Of a stretch of DNA of 43,059 nucleotides, positions 37,145 through 43,059 are shown piece by piece. The notes beneath the pieces are model-generated. The model was not told the DNA's origin. It did no database searches and was given only the letters and a program-made list of their open reading frames with translations. The number at the start of each line of letters is the position of its first letter. Position 1 is the first letter of the stretch. The position numbers were made by a program, and so were the translations under genes. Source of the stretch: Dehalococcoidia bacterium. Lineage in GTDB: Bacteria > Chloroflexota > Dehalococcoidia > E44-bin15. The DNA is taken from positions 1-43,059 of the forward strand of contig DAOUEU010000046.1 in the NCBI GenBank assembly GCA_034430255.1. Reading direction: 5' to 3'.

Positions 37145-38368
37145 TTACCTGCCGGGGATAGAATTTATTGTCCCACAACGGGGACACCTGATACTATTTC
37201 CCTTAAAATCGGGTGGAACCCTGAATTTCGCCCCGCAGTTACAGGCAAGAGCAGTGTACTGGTTTAGCTTCTCCAGCATGTCAGAGACCTCCCTGGTCCG
37301 CTCTAGCCTTTCTACCTTTTCTGGCCTCCTTTCCTCAACCGATGACCCCCGGGCCTCCACGAGACCAGCGGCTCCTGCCAGCGTAGCGCTGGGGATAATC
37401 CCCCCCCTTCCCTTATGAACCTGACGGAATACCCGATCGTAATCAGCAAACGAGGCGCTACCCCCCATGCTTCTAAGCACCCTGATCCGTTCAGACGTGG
37501 GTGGGTGAGTGCTGGTAAGGTCACTGGCCTTAAACCCCGGCTTGTGCAGCGGGTTGATGATATACATTGGGGCGGTCACCCGGTTTGCCGAAGATAGCAC
37601 CTGGGTAGATGAGGATATCTTTTCCAGCGCTGAAGCCAGCCCCTCGGGGTATCTGGTATAAAGCGCTGATGATGCATCCGCCAGATACTCTCGCCTCCGC
37701 GACATAGCGAAGTAGAGCAGCCTGGCGATGATCGGTGCGAGTATGATAAGCACAATCCCCACCAGAAGGATGATTATCTGTGCCTGTCCGCCACCACCTG
37801 ATGAGCCCCTGCGTCCACCACGGGCACCGCCGAGAATAAGGTACCATATCGCCAGGTCAGCGAGCAGCACTATAACCCCCATCATGATACCGGTCAGAAC
37901 CATAAGGAGTACATCACGGTTCCTGATGTGCCCTATCTCGTGGGCAATCGCGCCCTGAAGTTCATCGCGGTTTAGCCTCTGTAACAGCCCCGAGGTGACA
38001 GCTATTGCTGCTTTATTGGGGTCTCTTCCTGTGGCGAAGGCATTGGGGGCAGGGTCATCTATGATGTATATATCCGGCATCTTGGGAAGCCCTGATGCTA
38101 TCTTCATCTCCTCCACTATATTAAACAGCTGGGGGTGATCTTTGCGTTCCAGTTTCCTTGCCTTGGATACGGAGAGGAAGATCTGGTCTCCCTGGTAAAA
38201 GGCGACCAGGTTCATAATCAGCCATATTATAGATGCCAGGATAATGCCTGCTACGCCGCTATCAAAAAATACCTCTCCGATCAAGTAGCCGATAGCAAGC
38301 AGCAGCGCTCCCATGCCAGCTACCAGCCAGATCGATTTAATCTTGTTCGACCTAATCTGTTCCCACAT
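37145..38368 (-). CDS. htpX: HtpX-like M48 zinc metalloprotease with a ~110-aa C-terminal extension ending in a zinc ribbon
   Basis: It has two N-terminal TMs, the AIAHEIGHIRNRD (HExxH) motif, two more TMs and REYLADA. The C-terminus reads CNCGAKFRVPPDFKGNSIRCPRCG. Confidence 0.88.
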   Translation of the reverse strand: MWEQIRSNKIKSIWLVAGMGALLLAIGYLIGEVFFDSGVAGIILASIIWLIMNLVAFYQGDQIFLSVSKARKLERKDHPQLFNIVEEMKIASGLPKMPDIYIIDDPAPNAFATGRDPNKAAIAVTSGLLQRLNRDELQGAIAHEIGHIRNRDVLLMVLTGIMMGVIVLLADLAIWYLILGGARGGRRGSSGGGGQAQIIILLVGIVLIILAPIIARLLYFAMSRRREYLADASSALYTRYPEGLASALEKISSSTQVLSSANRVTAPMYIINPLHKPGFKASDLTSTHPPTSERIRVLRSMGGSASFADYDRVFRQVHKGRGGIIPSATLAGAAGLVEARGSSVEERRPEKVERLERTREVSDMLEKLNQYTALACNCGAKFRVPPDFKGNSIRCPRCGTINSIPGR

Positions 38369-38417
38369 ATATAGGCCTGTATTCTTAAAGCCGATAAGCT
38401 CTAATCAACTGCCGTCA

Positions 38418-38984
38418 TCAGGTGAAGCTTACCTTTGGAACCTCTCGCTCTGCCGGTGCTTCCAGCTCAAAGAATTCCCCAACCTTGAAACCGGTCATGC
38501 CAGCCACCAAATTGGATGGAAACATCTGAACCTTGTTGTTCAGGTTCATTACCCCGTCATTATAGAACTGCCGGGCGAAGCTTATCTTGTTCTCGGTGGA
38601 GGTAAGCTCTTCCTGCAGGGCGAGGAAATTTTGATTTGCCTTAAGGTCGGGATAATTTTCCGCAACAGCGAAGAACCGCGTCAAGATGCCGCTCAGCTCG
38701 CCTTCCGCCTTTGCCTGCTGGCCCACACCGTGACCGCTGGCCGCTACCGCCGAGGTCCTGGCCTTGGTTACCGCCTCCAGCGTATCCCGCTCATGTTTCA
38801 TATAACCCTTGGCCGTCTCAACCAGATTGGGTATCAGGTCGTGCCGCCGCTTGAGCTGGACATCGATCTGAGACCAGGAGTTTTTCACCTGGTTCCTCAG
38901 CCCTACCAGCGAATTGTAGAGCGCGAAGAATAAAATCACCAGCACGACAACTACACCGATTACAACGTAAACTGCGACCATCAT
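38418..38984 (-). CDS. lemA: LemA family protein
   Basis: An N-terminal TM is followed by YNSLVGLRNQVKNSWSQIDVQLKRRHDLIPNLVE...ENYPDLKANQNFLALQEEL...ARQFYN, the LemA signature. GGAGGTG lies upstream. Confidence 0.9.
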   Translation of the reverse strand: MMVAVYVVIGVVVVLVILFFALYNSLVGLRNQVKNSWSQIDVQLKRRHDLIPNLVETAKGYMKHERDTLEAVTKARTSAVAASGHGVGQQAKAEGELSGILTRFFAVAENYPDLKANQNFLALQEELTSTENKISFARQFYNDGVMNLNNKVQMFPSNLVAGMTGFKVGEFFELEAPAEREVPKVSFT

Positions 38985-39008
38985 TACACCTCCAAAATTG
39001 GTTTTTAG

Positions 39009-39428
39009 CTATTGCCTGGCCTTAAAGACCTCCCCCAAAAAGTTTACAACCCTATCCGGTGCCCCTGACTCCGCGGTAGATTTATCCAGGCGCTGCTTTA
39101 TGACCTGTCCCAACTCACCGCCATCGAACCACATACCCTCCCCTCTGGGGCAGACATCGATAACCACCTCCGGGTCGTGGCCTATGGCAGCTTTTTTCAT
39201 CTTCCTCCTGCATGCGGGGCACCTTCGCTTCTTCTCGGCTACCCCCTTTTCGGGCAGGGTCATTATATCTGCTATATTTAGCTCACCCACCTCAAGGTCC
39301 ATCGATTCCATCATGAGTGACAGCTCACCCGCGTCGAACCAGACACCGAGGCACGTAGTACAGTAGTCGAGCTCGATTCTCTCGTGTTCAACTATAATCA
39401 TGGGCGCTTTGCAGACCGGACAGTACAC
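39009..39428 (-). CDS. Tandem zinc-ribbon protein (two zf-TFIIB-like CxxC...W/FD.GEL modules)
   Basis: (M)YCPVCKAPM...LDYCTTCLGVWFDAGEL is one module and RRCPACRRKM...IDVCPRGEGMWFDGGEL is the second. The start is a GTG with GGAGGAGG 10 nt upstream. Confidence 0.75.
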   Translation of the reverse strand: MYCPVCKAPMIIVEHERIELDYCTTCLGVWFDAGELSLMMESMDLEVGELNIADIMTLPEKGVAEKKRRCPACRRKMKKAAIGHDPEVVIDVCPRGEGMWFDGGELGQVIKQRLDKSTAESGAPDRVVNFLGEVFKARQ

Positions 39429-39519
39429 TGCTCTTTGGCCTCCTCCGAACTGATATTATTTATATGACTCTTTGAGATCGAATGGCACTTGTGTTTTCGC
39501 TTATATCGAAATCAACAGC

Positions 39520-39549
39520 ATAATAGCAAGCAGTATATGGAACTGTCAA
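39520..39549 (-). promoter_or_regulatory. Putative promoter for the zinc-ribbon/lemA/htpX transcription unit
   Basis: The reverse strand reads TTGACA (39549-39544), an 18-nt spacer, then TGcTATTAT (extended -10, hexamer 39525-39520). This lies ~90 nt upstream of the GTG at 39428. Confidence 0.5.
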
Positions 39550-39782
39550 TAGACAATTACGGTTGGCCATCCAACATGAATTCCTTGGTGTGACACTCGG
39601 TATCTACAGCTCAATACTAGCTTTATATCTGCCTCCACGCTTTGGTGCGGCATATACGGGCGAGGTGTTTTTGGCATCCACATGCTCACCTGTCTTGCTA
39701 CTCTCTTGTCTTCTTAATATAAAGTCGATGTACCCATATCCTGAAAAGTGTACAGCACGTACTGGCATCGTATACTGTTAGC

Positions 39783-39811
39783 TTGACAAAAAAGCCCAAT
39801 GGGTATATATT
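39783..39811 (+). promoter_or_regulatory. Putative sigma-70-type promoter facing the histidine kinase gene
   Basis: TTGACA (39783-39788), a 17-nt spacer, then TATATT (39806-39811). It would give a ~255-nt leader that starts with the A/T-only block. Confidence 0.45.
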
Positions 39812-39890
39812 GTACTAGTTAGATTAAATAATATATTATAATTAAGTATAATATAAATATTATATATATATTATAATATACTATTATTAG
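39812..39890. repeat. Nearly pure A/T low-complexity block with direct and inverted repeats
   Basis: Positions 39823-39880 contain a single G and no C. The 12-mer atatattataat occurs at 39831-39842 and again at 39866-39877. An imperfect 17-nt inverted repeat (15/17) has arms at 39827-39843 (aataatatattataatt) and 39869-39885. Confidence 0.7.
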
Positions 39891-40074
39891 CCATTACACA
39901 ATTAGAGTCGCCGGAAAACTGAATAGTTTATCGAAGGAAAGGCTAACCGCGATAATTCGAACGACGCAAATTTAATGATCAAAGATTGGTAGTTTCAATG
40001 TGACTCCAGGGTTGATGATTAACGAGGTAATTTGAGCCTCTCTTGGGGATTTATTATTTAGAAGGCACAGGGAA

Positions 40075-42474
40075 ATGAAAAAGCAAACGATGACTAGGGA
40101 ACAGCTTGAAAACGAGCTGGCGAAAATGCGCCAGCGGGTCGCTGAGTTGGATAAGGGGGAAGCCCAGCGCAAGCGGGCTGAGGAGGCACTGCGGGAGGGC
40201 GAGGACAGATACCGGGCGATGTTTAACCGCTCACTTTACTGTGTATATTTACACGATTTTGAGGGCAATTTTCTTGATGCTAATGAGACCGCTCTGGATC
40301 TGCTTGGCTATACCAGAGAAGAAATCCCCTCAATCAATTTCGCTACATTGCTTGATGAAGAACAGAATGCCAAAGCACTAAAGACACTTGATGAGGTAAA
40401 ACGTACTGGTTCACAAGAAAAAACTATCGATTTTAAATTGAAGACAAAGGATGGAGATTATGTTTGGGTAGAGACTGAATCCGCCCTAATCTACCGAGAG
40501 GGAAAGCCCTATGCTATTCAAGGTATTGCCAAAGACATCACCAAGCGCAAGTGGGCGGAGGAGACACTTAGGACGAGCGAAGATAGATATAGAGCACTAT
40601 TCGATGGCGCGATTGATGGTGTAATTATTATTGACAGCGAAACGATGAGGATAGTTCTTGCCAATCAAAGGGCCCTTAATATGTATGGGTTTGATTCTGT
40701 AGAGGATATTGCAGAGTTAAATCTGCTCGATTTCATTCATCCCGATGATAAAGAGCGCGCTCTCAGAATTATAGTAGAAGATATGTTTGAAAAAGACCTT
40801 CGTCGGGTAAACGAATTTAGGTCGATTACCGGAGATGGTCAGGAGAGGTGGTTAAGCGCTGTTGGCGCAAGGATTGAATATCAGGGAAAACAAGCAGGTT
40901 TGATTTCATTTAGAGACATCACCGAGAACAAGCGGGCGGAGGAGGAGCTCGGGAAGAGCGAGGAAAGATATCGAACGGTCCTTGAGACCATCGAAGAGGC
41001 CTACTATGAGGTTGACCTCGCCGGGAACTTCACCTTTTTCAATGATTCCCTGTGCAGGATTATCGGGGTATCCCGTGATGAAATGATGGGAACGAATAAC
41101 CGCCGGTATATGAGCGATGAGACGGCCAAGGCAGTGTATGAGACCTTTAACCGGGTCTACCAGACAGGGGAACCGGACAGAGCATTCGGTTGGGAGGTTA
41201 TCAAGAAAGATGGAACCAGGATATTCGTTGAGGCATCCACATCCCTGATGCGCGGCCCCTCAGGTGAGCCGGTGGGGTTTCGTGGTATTATTCGAGACAT
41301 TAACGAGCGCAAGCAGGCGGAGGATGCACTTAAGAAGAGCGAGGAGAAGCTGCGTGTAATGTTTGAATCCATTACCGATGGCATCGTCGTTACCGATTTG
41401 CAGGGTAATATTTTAGACGTAAATGACGTAGTGGTTCACATGTCCGGGCTGAGCAGGGAGGAGCTTATCGGTCAGGACGGCTTTGCACTGATACCGCGTG
41501 AAGACCGGGATAAGGTTGTAGAAGGAGGAAAGAAGGTAGTTAGAGGGGAGATCGGCCCGGTAAGGATGGAGCATGAGGTATCCCCCATAGTTGGTAGTGC
41601 ACAAAATACTAATCTAGTCCTTGGCACAATGCATGATAGCAAGGGAAATCCAACCGGTTTCGTTGCCATTGCCCAGGATATTACCGAGCGCAAGCAGATG
41701 GAGGAGGAGCGGGAAAGGCTTCTAGCTGAGCTTGAGGACAAATCACAAGAGCTTGAACAGCTAGTTTTTATTGCCTCGCATGACCTACGGTCGCCGCTGG
41801 TTAATATCCAGGGTTTCTCTAGGGAGATAGAGCAGTCTTTAAAACAGATGCGCTCGGTGCTGGAGGAGGAGGATATACCCTCCTCAGTGAAAGAAAAGCT
41901 GGCCTCACCTATCGGTGAAGATATCGCCGATTCGCTTAACTATATCCTCACCAGCTCCTCCAAAATAGACTCGATGCTGGCGGGGCTGCTGAAGGTCTCA
42001 CGCCTCGGGAGAGTGTCACTTACAATTGAGAAAATCAACATGAAAGACCTGATGGCCGAAGTTGTGGGCGTTTTTGAATTCCAGACCAGGGAGGCAGGGG
42101 TCAAGCTGGAGGTGGGGAGGCTGCCCCAATGCCAGGGCGATAGAGCACAGCTTAACCAGGTCTTCTCCAACCTCATAGATAATGCGTTGAAATTCCTTGA
42201 TCCCGAGCGGCCCGGTATCATCCGCATTTCGGGTAGAAAAGAGGATAGGCAAGTGGTATATACCGTGGAGGATAATGGGATCGGCATAGCGCCGGAGAAC
42301 CAGAAAACGGTATTTCAGATATTTCGACGCTTCGCCCCAATGGACACCCCTGGGGAAGGGTTGGGGCTTAACATCGTGCGCCGGATTTTAGATAGGCACG
42401 GCGGGAAAATATGGCTCGAATCCGAACCGGGTAAGGGAAGCAGGTTCCACGTGGCTTTGCCAATTAGGGACTAG
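40075..42474 (+). CDS. Cytoplasmic multi-PAS sensor histidine kinase (no TM segments seen)
   Basis: After an N-terminal coiled coil there are about 4-5 PAS modules, each introduced by a linker of the form IT.RK.AEE.L..SEE.YR..F. The H-box is FIASHDLRSPL. The HATPase_c motifs are NLIDNALKF, VEDNGIGI and GEGLGLNIV. Confidence 0.92.
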   Translation: MKKQTMTREQLENELAKMRQRVAELDKGEAQRKRAEEALREGEDRYRAMFNRSLYCVYLHDFEGNFLDANETALDLLGYTREEIPSINFATLLDEEQNAKALKTLDEVKRTGSQEKTIDFKLKTKDGDYVWVETESALIYREGKPYAIQGIAKDITKRKWAEETLRTSEDRYRALFDGAIDGVIIIDSETMRIVLANQRALNMYGFDSVEDIAELNLLDFIHPDDKERALRIIVEDMFEKDLRRVNEFRSITGDGQERWLSAVGARIEYQGKQAGLISFRDITENKRAEEELGKSEERYRTVLETIEEAYYEVDLAGNFTFFNDSLCRIIGVSRDEMMGTNNRRYMSDETAKAVYETFNRVYQTGEPDRAFGWEVIKKDGTRIFVEASTSLMRGPSGEPVGFRGIIRDINERKQAEDALKKSEEKLRVMFESITDGIVVTDLQGNILDVNDVVVHMSGLSREELIGQDGFALIPREDRDKVVEGGKKVVRGEIGPVRMEHEVSPIVGSAQNTNLVLGTMHDSKGNPTGFVAIAQDITERKQMEEERERLLAELEDKSQELEQLVFIASHDLRSPLVNIQGFSREIEQSLKQMRSVLEEEDIPSSVKEKLASPIGEDIADSLNYILTSSSKIDSMLAGLLKVSRLGRVSLTIEKINMKDLMAEVVGVFEFQTREAGVKLEVGRLPQCQGDRAQLNQVFSNLIDNALKFLDPERPGIIRISGRKEDRQVVYTVEDNGIGIAPENQKTVFQIFRRFAPMDTPGEGLGLNIVRRILDRHGGKIWLESEPGKGSRFHVALPIRD

Positions 42475-42681
42475 TAATTTAGTGATTAGCTTAATAGGTG
42501 GGTTAGAGAATCCTCTCCACCAGCACTTGGAGCCACTGCTCTTGGCAACACAATGTTAAATACACCCACGAGATGGTGTGTGGGAATCATCCACATTTAC
42601 TGTTACCTCACTCTCCTAAAATAACATCACCAGATCGATTGTAGTTATACCTCATCAATGCATAGCCCCATTATGGCCTTT

Positions 42682-42708
42682 TTGATTTGGGTATTAATCT
42701 GCTATAAT
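42682..42708 (+). promoter_or_regulatory. Putative promoter with an extended -10 (TGcTATAAT)
   Basis: TTGATT (42682-42687), a 15-nt spacer ending in TGc, then TATAAT (42703-42708). This lies 44 nt upstream of the ATG at 42753. Confidence 0.4.
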
Positions 42709-42752
42709 CAGGCAGTGCTACTGAGAGGCCATAGATAAAGTAGGGAGATATT

Positions 42753-43059
42753 ATGGAATTGGTAGACTACAGCGGACCATTTGATCCTGATTTCAGCTAT
42801 GAAAAATTGACGAAGGAGACATTGCTCAAACTCATTCGCTCGGATGCTGAGTACGTTCGCAGGATAGATGGACAATGGTATTTAGCAGTGATGCAGAAGT
42901 GTGGCAACGATATAGCCTTTGCCTGCGATGCCGAGATCTGGGAGAAGCTCGAGTCATATACTATGAAGATAACATGTAACCTGCTTAACATTCATGGTAA
43001 TGATGTGGTCACGTTAGTTAAGGCTTTGCAGGCTAACCCGTGGTCATCGAGCTATGAAA
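42753..43059 (+). CDS. Hypothetical protein, 5' part only (runs off the window); possibly DUF6125-like
   Basis: ATG at 42753 with GGGAGA 4 nt upstream. The frame stays open to the window end: MELVDYSGPFDPDFSYEKLTKETLLKLIRSDAEYVRRIDGQWYLAVMQKCGNDIAFACDAEIWEKLESY.... It is missing from the ORF track because no stop is reached. The family assignment is from memory only. Confidence 0.6.
   Translation, partial: MELVDYSGPFDPDFSYEKLTKETLLKLIRSDAEYVRRIDGQWYLAVMQKCGNDIAFACDAEIWEKLESYTMKITCNLLNIHGNDVVTLVKALQANPWSSSYE

Noticed and set aside
39563-39781. A 72-aa ORF (TTG start) in the large intergenic region. It is hydrophobic and could be a small membrane protein.
   Set aside because: It uses a non-ATG start with no upstream Shine-Dalgarno and shows no family resemblance. 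It also lies between two divergent promoters that both point away from it. I treat it as non-coding unless conservation says otherwise.
42497-42521. A hairpin, GGTGG-gtt-AGAG-aatc-CTCT-CCACC, 23 nt after the histidine kinase stop. I considered it as an intrinsic terminator.
   Set aside because: The stem is short and bulged, and no U-tract follows it. That is insufficient to call a terminator.
1-43059. I looked for rRNA, tRNA, CRISPR repeats, integrase, recombinase or toxin-antitoxin genes, and for long perfect direct or inverted repeats that might flank the ABC insertion or the catabolic clusters.
   Set aside because: I recognised none by eye. The only clear tandem repeat is inside rpsC, and the only IS-like trace is the weak ISL3-like fragment at 12978-13230. 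A computational repeat or tRNA scan (tRNAscan-SE, Infernal, self-dotplot) would be needed to exclude short or degenerate elements.

Overview
The window is a bacterial chromosomal segment of about half G+C (judged by eye), and almost all of it is coding. Its features (Zn-type S14, Zn-ribbon L24, Bacillus-like S12 insert, many GTG/TTG starts) fit a monoderm-like or Chloroflexota-like lineage, but I cannot verify that without a search.

Layout:
- 1-12.8 kb, minus strand: the str/S10/spc ribosomal-protein superoperon in the order rpsL-rpsG-fusA-rpsJ-rplC-[ABC permease-ABC ATPase]-rplD-rplW-rplB-rpsS-rplV-rpsC-rplP-rpmC-rpsQ-rplN-rplX-rplE-rpsN-rpsH-rplF'.
- 13.2-21.4 kb, plus strand: housekeeping genes (tlyA, an alpha/beta hydrolase, purF-purM-purH, a GT2 glycosyltransferase, and a nicotinamidase-NAPRTase fusion).
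- 21.4-31.0 kb, plus strand: an uncharacterised sugar/polyol-phosphate-type cluster. It holds a 2-hydroxyacid dehydrogenase, two FGGY kinases, a class II aldolase, an AGPS/GlcD-like flavoprotein with a CCG Fe-S subunit, a Cys-rich Fe-S protein and an SDR.
- 31.0-39.4 kb, minus strand: an acyl-CoA module (ligase, HMG-CoA-synthase-like/DUF35 fusion, SCP-x thiolase, ACAD), preceded by a zinc-ribbon protein, LemA and an HtpX-like protease.
- 39.4-43.1 kb: a 646-bp intergenic region with divergent promoters and a nearly pure A/T block, then an orphan multi-PAS histidine kinase and a truncated ORF.

No rRNA, tRNA, CRISPR array or intact mobile element was recognised.

Most unusual observations:
1. 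A translationally coupled MacB/FtsX-type ABC exporter sits inside the normally invariant rplC-rplD junction of the S10 operon.
2. Ribosomal protein S3 carries a roughly 180-aa acidic and Lys-rich C-terminal tail built from in-frame 102-bp tandem repeats.
3. An HMG-CoA-synthase-like domain fused to DUF35 appears to have lost all three catalytic residues. It lies next to an apparently active thiolase.
4. tuf is absent between fusA and rpsJ.

All functional calls rest on motif recognition by eye. No database search was run.
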